64,000 nt of DNA from Patescibacteria group bacterium (GCA_016861265.1 BOLA01000001.1:11569-75568); one strand, 5' to 3'; counted from the first letter of the stretch, positions 51,696-60,780 are shown. Made by a program: numbers and translations. Notes: generated by a model not told the origin, from the sequence alone.

Positions 51696-53132
51696 ATGGA
51701 AAATTCATTACCTATACCGGAAGTTGACTCTTTAATTTCTACTGTAGAAAAGATCAAAGCCAAGCAAATTAAGGTTGTTGATTTGGTAGCAGAACACTTA
51801 AAAAGAGCTCACGAAATTAACCCAAGAATTAACACATTTATAACAATCCTAGACCAAGCCATAGAAAAAGCAAAAGAAATAGACGCTAAAATTGAAGCAG
51901 GTGAAGATTTATCTAAATTCAGATTATTAGGCATTCCATTTACAGCAAAGGATCTATACTTGGTAAAAGACGTTAGAACTACATTTGCTTCTCAATTAAT
52001 GAAGGATTTTGTTGCGCCATACACATCTACAGTATTACAAAAATGCTTAGACGAAGGTGCAATTTTAATAGGAAAAACAAACTGTGATCCATGGGGATTT
52101 GGAGGTTCAGGAGAAAATTCAGGATACGGACCTACCAAACATCCATTAGATTTTACCAAAACCCCAGGTGGTTCTAGTTCTGGGTCAGCTGCCAGCTTAT
52201 TGGCTGGAGTTGGATTCTTTAGTTTAGGAACAGACACAGGAGGATCGGTAAGATTACCTGCAAGCTTTTGTGGAATCTATTCTATAAAACCAACATATGG
52301 CAGAAATTCCAGATACGGAATTGGTGCAATGGGATCAAGTTTTGATACTCCAGGCTTTTTTACCAGAAACATAAAGGATATGGCCTTACTTGAACAAGTA
52401 ATGGCAGGTAAAGATATTAAAGATGCTACAACTCAAGAAGTTGCAGTAGAAAATTACTTAAGCCAGCTGGATAATCTAAATTTAAAAGACATAACAATTG
52501 GCTTACCTAAAGAATTTTATGGAGAAGGCTTAAGCCTTGATGTAAAACAAGCAATAGATAATAAAATTGAAGAATTAAAAGCAAAAGGAGCAAAATTTAA
52601 AGAAGTTAGCATTCCAAGCACTAAATATGGACTTGGTGTGTACTACATTTTAGTACCTGCCGAAATATCTTCTAACAGAGCACGTTATGATGGCGTTAGA
52701 TATGGTCAAAAAGTAAGCGATAACTACGAAGAAAATATGGTTGAATCTAGAAGCAAATACCTGGAAGATGAGGTTAAACGAAGAATTATGATTGGTACAT
52801 ATTCATTAAGCGCGGGTTACGCCGATCAATTCTATAAGCAGGCAAGTAAAGTAAGAACTAAATTAAAAAGAGAATTTGAAGCAGCTCTAAAAGAAGTTGA
52901 CTGCTTATTAACTCCAGTTAGCCCAACAACAGCATTTAAATTAGGCGAAAAGGCAAATGATCCTGTTCAAATGTACTTGGTAGATATTTATACAGTAACT
53001 GCTAACTTAGTTGGAGTTCCAGCCATTGCAATCCCAGCAGGCAAAGATAAAGATGGAATGCCTATAGGATTACAGATTATGGGAAGACCATTTGAAGATG
53101 GTAAGTTGATGGGAGTGGCAAGGCTAATCTAA
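51696..53132 (+). CDS. gatA: Asp/Glu-tRNA amidotransferase subunit A
   Basis: PGGSSSGSA, GTDTGGSVRLPA, RYDGVRYG, EVKRRIMIGTY. Confidence 0.95.
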   Translation: MENSLPIPEVDSLISTVEKIKAKQIKVVDLVAEHLKRAHEINPRINTFITILDQAIEKAKEIDAKIEAGEDLSKFRLLGIPFTAKDLYLVKDVRTTFASQLMKDFVAPYTSTVLQKCLDEGAILIGKTNCDPWGFGGSGENSGYGPTKHPLDFTKTPGGSSSGSAASLLAGVGFFSLGTDTGGSVRLPASFCGIYSIKPTYGRNSRYGIGAMGSSFDTPGFFTRNIKDMALLEQVMAGKDIKDATTQEVAVENYLSQLDNLNLKDITIGLPKEFYGEGLSLDVKQAIDNKIEELKAKGAKFKEVSIPSTKYGLGVYYILVPAEISSNRARYDGVRYGQKVSDNYEENMVESRSKYLEDEVKRRIMIGTYSLSAGYADQFYKQASKVRTKLKREFEAALKEVDCLLTPVSPTTAFKLGEKANDPVQMYLVDIYTVTANLVGVPAIAIPAGKDKDGMPIGLQIMGRPFEDGKLMGVARLI

Positions 53133-53156
53133 AACTTGACAGACTAGAGGGCGGTC

Positions 53157-53190
53157 CTAGACTAATAGTTAGAATAAGCTATTAGTCTAG
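53157..53190. terminator. Hairpin between convergent gatA and cysS
   Basis: CTAGACTAATAG-N10-CTATTAGTCTAG, perfect 12-bp inverted repeat. Confidence 0.6.
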
Positions 53191-53306
53191 TATTTTGACA
53201 GAAAAACAATACCTAAAGTTAGTAAAATTCTTACTATTTTTAATAGTTACTTTTATACTATATATTCTAAAGACTTTGGGGTTTCTTCCTGAAGAACTCT
53301 ATGATC

Positions 53307-54746
53307 TTATAATAAAGGTGATAGAATTTGTCCCTCTGCTGTATCCTTAACCACCAATCCAAACTCAGCTTTTAATCTATCTCTTAATTCATCCGATTTT
53401 TTAAAGTCTTTATTTAATCTGGCAATAGCTCTTTCATCTATTAAAATTTGAACCTCTAACGGTATTTCTAGAGTTTCTGGATTATTAATTGGCTTATCTA
53501 GGTTTAAGCCTAACACTCTGTCAAAATCCAAAACTGTGGCTAATTTTGTAGCACTTGGTAAATCGGCTTTAGTAACTTCCCAAACTACACTCAAAGCCAA
53601 AGGTATATTAAAGTCATCTTCTAAGGCTTCTACAAATTTAGCTTTTAAAGATTCGTCTATTTTAAAGTCAGGGCTTGGAGTCTGTTCACTTCCTTTGGCC
53701 CAGTTATTAACAAAGTTCTGTAGTCTTTCGTACGCCTTAACAGACGCATCTAAACCTTCAAAGGTAAAATTCTGTTTGCTTCTGTATTGAGACTGCAAAA
53801 AGAAATACCTTAATGCTAATGGATTGTAACCTTTTTCTGTTAGTGTGCTTAAATTCCAAACATTGCCTAAGGATTTACTCATTTTGGTACCGTCTACATC
53901 TAGGTGTTCATTATGTACCCAATAGTGAACATAGTCAGTATCATTTGCCGATTCACTTTGTGCAATTTCGTTCGTATGGTGAACAGGAATATGCTCTACT
54001 CCGCCCATATGAATATCTAAAGTATCGCCTAAATTAGCTTTAGCCATTGCAGAACACTCAATATGCCAGCCCGGGAAACCAAAGCCATGTTCAACTTCTG
54101 TGGATTCAAATGGCGATTCCCAATATTGTAATGCGTTTTTATGAACGCCAGTCTTAAAGAACCATAACGCAAAATCAGCTGGATTCTTTTTATTATCATC
54201 ACTAACATCTCCATGACCTTCACCTAATTTATTCATTTCTAATTTTTGACCACTTAGTGCTGTGTACTCAGGAAATTTTGTAACATCAAAATATATTGCC
54301 TTTGGTGTTGAGTAAGCTATTCCCTTATTTAGCAATACCTTAACCATTTCAATCATTGGCTGTAAGTAATCAGTGGCTCTTGCTGTTACAGTGGGAGTTA
54401 GTACATTCAAGTTATTAACATCAATTTCGAACTCACTAATATATTTATCGGCAATTTGCTTTGGACTAACACCTTCTCGTTTTGCACCTTTTTCCATTTT
54501 GTCTTCACCTTCGTCCCCGTCACTGGTTAAGTGCCCAAAGTCTGTATAATTACGTACATATTTAACTTCGTAACCCATATACATTAAGCTTCTTCTTATT
54601 AAATCGCCCATTACAACAGCCCTCATGTTGCCAATATGCTGAGTCCAATAAACCGTAGGACCACACTGGTAGAACCTTACTTTACCTTCTTCAATTGGCT
54701 TAAAAACCTGTAATTCCCTGCCTAATGTATTAAATATCTTTAACAT
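53307..54746 (-). CDS. cysS: Cysteine--tRNA ligase
   Basis: CGPTVY, HIGN, PGWHIECSAM, KMSKS. Confidence 0.98.
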   Translation of the reverse strand: MLKIFNTLGRELQVFKPIEEGKVRFYQCGPTVYWTQHIGNMRAVVMGDLIRRSLMYMGYEVKYVRNYTDFGHLTSDGDEGEDKMEKGAKREGVSPKQIADKYISEFEIDVNNLNVLTPTVTARATDYLQPMIEMVKVLLNKGIAYSTPKAIYFDVTKFPEYTALSGQKLEMNKLGEGHGDVSDDNKKNPADFALWFFKTGVHKNALQYWESPFESTEVEHGFGFPGWHIECSAMAKANLGDTLDIHMGGVEHIPVHHTNEIAQSESANDTDYVHYWVHNEHLDVDGTKMSKSLGNVWNLSTLTEKGYNPLALRYFFLQSQYRSKQNFTFEGLDASVKAYERLQNFVNNWAKGSEQTPSPDFKIDESLKAKFVEALEDDFNIPLALSVVWEVTKADLPSATKLATVLDFDRVLGLNLDKPINNPETLEIPLEVQILIDERAIARLNKDFKKSDELRDRLKAEFGLVVKDTAEGQILSPLL

Positions 54747-54788
54747 ATTTGAGTATTAATATTTGTATAAAATTTTAGCATTAATAGC

Positions 54789-55007
54789 CTATTCAGTATA
54801 AAAATTCCTATTCGCCTTAGATTCAATCATGCGCTTTGCAAACTCTTCAATATAGCTAGTAAAACTATCGTTTCTTTTAGTACCACTTAAAAGTGTTACT
54901 TTAAATGTTTTCTTTTGATAATAAATGGTAAGTTTTATCTTAACGTTATGTTCTTGAGTATTATCGGTAAAAATATATTCTCCTTTATCTATAATTAAAC
55001 TCTTCAT
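54789..55007 (-). CDS. Small hypothetical protein between the Cys attenuator and cysS
   Basis: ORF track; co-oriented with cysS. Confidence 0.55.
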   Translation of the reverse strand: MKSLIIDKGEYIFTDNTQEHNVKIKLTIYYQKKTFKVTLLSGTKRNDSFTSYIEEFAKRMIESKANRNFYTE

Positions 55008-55024
55008 AAATCACTCTAAAAAAT

Positions 55025-55046
55025 AAAAAAACCTCCGTTGGAGGTC
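55025..55046 (-). terminator. Attenuator terminator of the cysS leader
   Basis: Minus strand GACCTCC-AAC-GGAGGT-TTTTTT. Confidence 0.85.
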
Positions 55047-55069
55047 AAATTTAAATGTTAAGCCGTGCT

Positions 55070-55144
55070 TTAACAACCTCCTAGATATAGATTGCAAAGG
55101 CAACAACAGAACTGAACTTTTTTAGTGTTGAATTTAGTATTCAT
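55070..55144 (-). CDS. Cys-rich leader peptide MNTKFNTKKVQFCCCLCNLYLGGC
   Basis: Manual translation; 5 Cys in 24 aa; TATACT -10 box at 55152-55157; followed by a terminator and cysS. Confidence 0.85.
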   Translation of the reverse strand: MNTKFNTKKVQFCCCLCNLYLGGC

Positions 55145-55234
55145 TCAAAATAGTATAACTTAAAAGTTTTAGAATATCAGTTTGACCAAACATTTCCTTT
55201 AAGTTTATACTTTTAAACTATAATTGAATTATAT

Positions 55235-55846
55235 ATGGACACAATTTTATTAGTTGATTTTGACGGTACAATTTTCAATTCTGACTTATTTCATAAGAAT
55301 ATAGCAGAATATTTAAACATTAAATACAAACTACCCCTGGAAGACTTCTATAGTAGTTTTGAAAAGGCAAAGGAGGATGGACTACCCCACAATCTAAAGA
55401 AACAATTAAAAATAGTAGGGTTTAGAAATGTTAATGGTCTTATTAAAGAAATAAAACAGCACCTTTTGTCTACCAATCAGAACTATATTTATGAAGATGT
55501 TCTGGATTTTATTAATAAATACAAAAAATCTATAGTTATTTATACTTTTGCAGACGAAAAATATTATAAGTATAAGCAAAGAATAAGTAGCCTTAGCAAA
55601 TACAGGCTTCCATATATTATTGTAAATTCAGATAAAAACACATTTCTAAGCACTAATATTAATTCACTTGATAAAATTGCAAATAAAAAGATTATTTGGG
55701 TTGACGATAAGATAAGCGTGTTTAAGAACACAATTAAGAATGTAGAATTTATTAGAATAAAAAGAGAAGGGAATAAGCATTCGGTTTACGATACTCCGAA
55801 AGATATTACGGAAATTAATAATCTATTAGAGTTAAATATTGTTTGA
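55235..55846 (+). CDS. HAD-superfamily hydrolase-like protein
   Basis: LVDFDGTIFN; WVDDK. Confidence 0.8.
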   Translation: MDTILLVDFDGTIFNSDLFHKNIAEYLNIKYKLPLEDFYSSFEKAKEDGLPHNLKKQLKIVGFRNVNGLIKEIKQHLLSTNQNYIYEDVLDFINKYKKSIVIYTFADEKYYKYKQRISSLSKYRLPYIIVNSDKNTFLSTNINSLDKIANKKIIWVDDKISVFKNTIKNVEFIRIKREGNKHSVYDTPKDITEINNLLELNIV

Positions 55847-57384
55847 GAAATAATAAGATAATAACAATTCTGGGCGTTGGTGGACATGGATCTTCTGCCT
55901 ATACGCAGCTTACAACCGATAAAAAGTATAAAGACTACCAAATACATCTTGTACTTGGAACGGACGATTCTGGAGGACACACTGGTGTGCTTCAAAGAGT
56001 TCTTCCGAAAATGAATTTGAACATAGAAGCTCATAAAGTCCTACCAATGGGCGATCTAAAATCAAACATTGGAAGATATGTTTTTAATCTTAGTGAAGAT
56101 AAAGAAGAAGGAAAGCAGAAACTAGATCAGATGGTATCTGCATATAAAGGTTCAAATTTGAACGAATTCTTAGAAAGATGCTATGAATTCTGCAAAACCT
56201 ACGAACTCAATAGTAACTTATACAATAAAGAATTTATAGAATTCTGTAAAAATTACTTCGAAACATTTTCTAAAACCGAAAATAGCGAACCTAATCACAA
56301 AATAGGAAACTTGTTCCTAACGTTTCTTTTTATTAGCATGGGTTTTAACCATGAAGACTTCTTCAATGAGCTTAGAAATTTAAAACTATTACCGCCTCAA
56401 GTGTTCCCCCATTTCTTATATTCCGAAGTATTAGAGTTAAGAGGTAAAAACTTCGACACCGGAATTGAATTTATTTCCGAAGCAGAAGTTGACGATGCAA
56501 AACTGCCTATTTCGCCTTCTTCCTACAAACTGGTAAAACTCTCTGACCACAGTGTATTAACACTAAAAGACATTAATTCAAATCATTCAGAAATTATTAA
56601 TATTCTTCAACAATCGGAACTTGTAGTTCTTTCGACAGGATCAATTGCCAATCTTTTTGCACAGTTAAATGTATTGTCACCATTGCTACAAATTTTAGAT
56701 TGTACAAAGGTGTGGCTGGGAAATTTTGCACGATCAAGCAACGAATCAGAGTTTGTTGTACTTGTAACTTATTATTACTCGCATGAACATTTAGGACTCG
56801 ATGGAATTGTTCTTCAAATGAGCGAATCAGTCTTCGATAATTTAACTATAAATGCCAATAACTCTATTTGGGTGGAAAAATACCGAAAACAAGGAAAAAC
56901 ATTCGTAAATATTACTGATTTAATGACAAGTATTAAAAAAGTTTTTAACTACAATGGATTATTAAAAGTTACGAACTTAGTTCAGCCTATACTTGGAATT
57001 ACCGCTGCTGGTGACTCAATTGCAGAAAGAATACCCGGTTGGGATAGCCTAAGTGCTTCTAAAAAAGAAACCTACAAATCAGTCCTTGAACAGGGTGGTA
57101 TTAAGCACGTGTCTTTAGAAGTAACAATGTTTATTGAGTTTTTCTACTACTTACACTTGTTTTTAAAAAACGAATTAAATATTCATATAAAAGATGAGCG
57201 TTATCAAAAAATTGCTGAACTATTAAGTCTTTTGCAATTAGATAAAAAAGAAAATCTTCAACACGAGATTAATGAATATATAAAAGTATTAACCACCCCA
57301 AACAGCAAAGAGGAATTTGTAAAAGCTATAAAAGTATTTAATAAAGATTTAAAAATACTAGCTTTACAGGATTTGTTAAAATAA
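55843..57384 (+). CDS. YvcK/CofD-like protein, divergent
   Basis: GVGGHG, TDDSGGHTG, PMGDLK, HKIGNL, STGS. Confidence 0.75.
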   Translation: MRNNKIITILGVGGHGSSAYTQLTTDKKYKDYQIHLVLGTDDSGGHTGVLQRVLPKMNLNIEAHKVLPMGDLKSNIGRYVFNLSEDKEEGKQKLDQMVSAYKGSNLNEFLERCYEFCKTYELNSNLYNKEFIEFCKNYFETFSKTENSEPNHKIGNLFLTFLFISMGFNHEDFFNELRNLKLLPPQVFPHFLYSEVLELRGKNFDTGIEFISEAEVDDAKLPISPSSYKLVKLSDHSVLTLKDINSNHSEIINILQQSELVVLSTGSIANLFAQLNVLSPLLQILDCTKVWLGNFARSSNESEFVVLVTYYYSHEHLGLDGIVLQMSESVFDNLTINANNSIWVEKYRKQGKTFVNITDLMTSIKKVFNYNGLLKVTNLVQPILGITAAGDSIAERIPGWDSLSASKKETYKSVLEQGGIKHVSLEVTMFIEFFYYLHLFLKNELNIHIKDERYQKIAELLSLLQLDKKENLQHEINEYIKVLTTPNSKEEFVKAIKVFNKDLKILALQDLLK

Positions 57385-57496
57385 ATCAAACATTGAGTAC
57401 ACACCCATAATCTAGTAATATCGTCAGTTTTAGTAATTTATCGATTATGAAGCCGTTTTAGGCGTGTGTGTACGATAGTTTGTTTATTAAGACAAT

Positions 57497-57524
57497 AAAA
57501 AGCCTTTGCGTTAGCAAAGGCTTT
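57497..57524 (-). terminator. Terminator after asnS
   Basis: Plus strand AAAAAGCCTTTGC-GTTA-GCAAAGGCTTT. Confidence 0.85.
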
Positions 57525-57543
57525 AAGGTAGCAATTATTAGTA

Positions 57544-58842
57544 TTATGGTTTACTTAATACTGTTGTTCGTGGGAATGGAATTGTTTCTCTAATGTGGTG
57601 TACTCCACTAATCCATCTTACTGTTCTTTCTAATCCAATTCCAAATCCAGAGTGCTCAACTGAACCATACTTTCTGATATTTAAATACCACTCATAATCT
57701 TCTACCTTATAGTTTCTAGCTTTTAATTCAGTTAGTAACTTTTCATAGTCGTCTTCTCTTTGAGATCCGCCAATAATTTCTCTTGCTTCTTCTGGTGCAA
57801 TTAAGTCTGCATTTATAGCTCTCTTCATTCCTCTTTCGTCTACGTAGTTCTTCATATAGAATGCTTTTACCTCGAATGGATAATCTTCTATAAATACAGG
57901 AATTCCAAAGTGATTACCGATTGCAATTTCTTCTTCTGTCGTCATGTCGTCGTTGTAGTCAACTTTAAAGCCTTGTTCTTCTAAAAGTTTTTTAGCATCG
58001 TATTGCTTCATTCTAATAAACTTCTCGTCTACAGCTCTTTGCAAAACAGTTGTGTCTCTTTCCAGAACTTTTAATTCCTCTTTACAGTTTTCTAGACAAT
58101 CCTTAATAATTCTCTTTACCAATCCTTCCTGAACATCTTCGTTCATTTGCTGATTATGGTAAGCCATTTCTGCATCCATCATCCAGAATTCAGACAAGTG
58201 GTTTCTTGTTTTACTCTTTTCTGCTCTAAATACAGGTCCAAAGTCATAAGCTTTGCCTAGTCCCATAATGCCTGCCTCTAAGTACAATTGACCTGACTGA
58301 GTCAAATACATTTTGCTTTCGTAGTAATCCATTTCGAATAATTGCGATGTATCTTCCGCACTTGTTGGCTGTAATACTGGTGTATCGAATCTTACAAAGC
58401 CTTGTTCGTAAAAGTAGTTTGTAATTGATCTAAAAACTTGGTCTCTAATTCTTAAAACTGCCCATGGTGTTTTCGCTCTTAAATATAAGTCCCTGTTTTC
58501 GAATAAAAATTCTGGACCATGTTCTTTTTTACCGATAGGGAATTCAGGGGCAATATTTACAGCCTTAACTTCTTTAACTTGCAACTCAAAACCAGTTGGA
58601 CTTCTTGGTTCTTCTTTTAATAAACCTGTAATTATACAGCTTGATTCTATAGTTAAGTCCTGACTTGCCTGCCAGCTTTCTTCTGATACTGTTGCTTTTT
58701 CAACTACGCCCTGAATATAGCCGGAGCCATCTCTTAATTGCAAAAATGCAATCTTGCCTGAACTTCTTTTGTTGTACATCCATCCTTTTAAAGTGACTTC
58801 TTGATCAACAAAATCTTTTGATTTTGAAATTGTGTATTCCAT
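57544..58842 (-). CDS. asnS: Asparagine--tRNA ligase
   Basis: RSSGKIAFLQLRDG, YLTQSGQLY, FRAEKSKTRNHLSEFWM, GFGIGLER. Confidence 0.95.
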   Translation of the reverse strand: MEYTISKSKDFVDQEVTLKGWMYNKRSSGKIAFLQLRDGSGYIQGVVEKATVSEESWQASQDLTIESSCIITGLLKEEPRSPTGFELQVKEVKAVNIAPEFPIGKKEHGPEFLFENRDLYLRAKTPWAVLRIRDQVFRSITNYFYEQGFVRFDTPVLQPTSAEDTSQLFEMDYYESKMYLTQSGQLYLEAGIMGLGKAYDFGPVFRAEKSKTRNHLSEFWMMDAEMAYHNQQMNEDVQEGLVKRIIKDCLENCKEELKVLERDTTVLQRAVDEKFIRMKQYDAKKLLEEQGFKVDYNDDMTTEEEIAIGNHFGIPVFIEDYPFEVKAFYMKNYVDERGMKRAINADLIAPEEAREIIGGSQREDDYEKLLTELKARNYKVEDYEWYLNIRKYGSVEHSGFGIGLERTVRWISGVHHIRETIPFPRTTVLSKP

Positions 58843-58850
58843 ATAATAAT

Positions 58851-60179
58851 TTAAGGATTTAATCTTCTTGGATTTCTAAAAATAAACATAGATTCTCTAA
58901 TAGATTCTAAGCCTAACATCTTCATTAATAGTCTGCTTGGGCCCATACCTAAACCTCCATGAGGTGGCATTCCATATCTAAAGAAGTCTAAGTAGAATTG
59001 AATTAATTCTATGTTCATTCCTTTTTCTTTAGCCTGCTCTACTAGTTTTTCGTATCTGTGTTCTCTTTGTGCACCTGTTGTAATTTCAATTCCTTTGTAC
59101 ATTAAGTCAAAGCTCTTTGTTAATTTTTGATTATCTTCGTGTCGCATGTGGTAAAAAGGTCTTACCTCAATTGGATAATCTGTAACAAATACAAAGTCAT
59201 GATGTAATTCTGTTTCTACATAGTTACCAAGAGCTTTTTCTTCTTCACTGCTTAAGTCTCCTTCTTTTTCGGATTTTATTCCTATCTTAGCAAGAATAGT
59301 TTTTGCCTCTACCATAGTCATTTTAGGGAATGGTATAGTTGGAACCTTTAACTCAACACCCATAGTTTTTTTTATTTCTTCTCCATATTTTTCAACAACT
59401 TTCTGAATTGCAAATGCAATAAGCTTTTCTTCCTCAGCCATTACATCAAAATGAGAATCAATGTAACTTAATTCAGCATCGTAGCCAGTAAATTCAGTTG
59501 TATGTCTAATTGTATTTGAGTTTTCAGCTCTAAATACTGATCCAATTTCGAATACTCTCTCAAAGCCCGCAGCCATAGCCATTTGCTTATAAAACTGTGG
59601 CGATTGAGCCAAATATGCAGTTCTATCAAAGTATTTAACTTCAAATACTTCTGCGCCGGTTTCACTTGGAGCACCTAAAATCTTTGGAGTATGAATTTCC
59701 ATATAATTATTAGTGGTCCAATATTCAATCATTGCTCTTTCTAGCTCTGTCCAAACTTTAAATGTTAAAAGCTTTTCGGGTTTTCTAAGATCTAGCCATC
59801 TATAGTCCATTCTTGTGTCGGCTTCTGATTCGTTTTGTGCTTTTGCGTTAATTTGTAACGGTAGGCCTTCGGATTTACTTAAGATTTTGTATTCTTTAAC
59901 CTCAATTTCGAATGCACCTAATTGTTGATCAGCTTTTACAGCTTTCTCTGGTCTAGCCTTAACAAGACCAACAATTTCAATAACTGATTCCAGGGTTACA
60001 TCTCGCATATTTTCGCTGCCTTCCAAGTTATACGCAACGCATTGAACCTTACCCGTAATGTCTCTAAGATCAACAAAAGTCAATTTTGCACTTTGTTCTC
60101 TTTGGTTTTCGGCAAATCCAACTATTTTTACAGTTGAACCTACAAGGTTTGGTAGGTCTTTTAAATATGTTCTTTCCAT
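58851..60179 (-). CDS. aspS: Aspartate--tRNA ligase, short archaeal-type, probably non-discriminating
   Basis: YLAQSPQFYKQ, FRAENSNT.RH, GAQREH, GMPPHGG; 442 aa, no GAD domain. Confidence 0.92.
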   Translation of the reverse strand: MERTYLKDLPNLVGSTVKIVGFAENQREQSAKLTFVDLRDITGKVQCVAYNLEGSENMRDVTLESVIEIVGLVKARPEKAVKADQQLGAFEIEVKEYKILSKSEGLPLQINAKAQNESEADTRMDYRWLDLRKPEKLLTFKVWTELERAMIEYWTTNNYMEIHTPKILGAPSETGAEVFEVKYFDRTAYLAQSPQFYKQMAMAAGFERVFEIGSVFRAENSNTIRHTTEFTGYDAELSYIDSHFDVMAEEEKLIAFAIQKVVEKYGEEIKKTMGVELKVPTIPFPKMTMVEAKTILAKIGIKSEKEGDLSSEEEKALGNYVETELHHDFVFVTDYPIEVRPFYHMRHEDNQKLTKSFDLMYKGIEITTGAQREHRYEKLVEQAKEKGMNIELIQFYLDFFRYGMPPHGGLGMGPSRLLMKMLGLESIRESMFIFRNPRRLNP

Positions 60180-60187
60180 AAATGTTT

Positions 60188-60364
60188 TTATATATAGTTA
60201 TTATTATAGTTAATTGTAATAGGTTTAAGATCCCATCGGGGATCGATAGTTCTATAATTACTGCCACGAAGACTTACAAAACCTAATGTAGACAGGCAAC
60301 AACAACAGCAGACTAAGAGAAGTACCAATAAAATAAATAGTTTTAATGCGTTTTTTCCTTCCAT
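60188..60364 (-). CDS. 58-aa membrane protein with a penta-Cys tract
   Basis: Manual translation MEGKNALKLFILLVLLLVCCCCCLSTLGFVSLRGSNYRTIDPRWDLKPITINYNNNYI; fills the tRNA-aspS gap. Confidence 0.7.
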   Translation of the reverse strand: MEGKNALKLFILLVLLLVCCCCCLSTLGFVSLRGSNYRTIDPRWDLKPITINYNNNYI

Positions 60365-60387
60365 ATATTACTCAGTTGAGTATAAAA

Positions 60388-60459
60388 CTGGGGAACTAGG
60401 ATTCGAACCTAGAACCTTCCCGTTAACAGCGGGCAGCTCTACCGTTGAGCTATTCCCCA
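60388..60459 (-). tRNA. tRNA-Asn(GTT)
   Basis: TGGGGAATAGCTCAACGGTAGAGCTGCCCGCTGTTAACGGGAAGGTTCTAGGTTCGAATCCTAGTTCCCCAG. Confidence 0.95.
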
Positions 60460-60489
60460 ATAATCAAATAATATTACTACAAAAGCTAT

Positions 60490-60513
60490 AAAAAAACTCC
60501 CTTTTGGGAGTTT
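60490..60513 (-). terminator. Attenuator terminator upstream of tRNA-Asn-aspS-asnS
   Basis: Minus strand AAACTCCC-AAAA-GGGAG-TTTTTTT. Confidence 0.88.
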
Positions 60514-60546
60514 CTTTTATTTTATAGAAATAATAAGATAACTCCC

Positions 60547-60597
60547 TTATAGGCAGTAATTATCGTTATTATTATTGTTCAATTGTATTCTATTCAT
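60547..60597 (-). CDS. Asn-rich leader peptide MNRIQLNNNNNDNYCL
   Basis: Manual translation; 7 Asn and 1 Asp in 16 aa; GGGAGTT follows the stop codon directly. Confidence 0.85.
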   Translation of the reverse strand: MNRIQLNNNNNDNYCL

Positions 60598-60617
60598 TTT
60601 GTTCTTTAAGTTGTATT

Positions 60618-60780
60618 GAGCGCGAAGTAAGTGAATAACCTCGCGCCCAATGTGTTCCCTTGGCTCTCGCCTCGGGGGCTTTGTCCCCAGTCTTCTTCGA
60701 CCAGGAACCAGACTGAACGGACCGGATACCGTTGCAGGGTCGCTCTCTTGCGAGGAACGACCACTGCGGCCTTATGGGGT
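60618..60780 (-). ncRNA. Unidentified GC-rich structured RNA (RNA B)
   Basis: Stems capped by GNRA loops (CTC-GCAA-GAG, GGC-GAGA-GCC); promoter TTGCGT-N17-TATAAT at 60787-60815. Confidence 0.7.
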
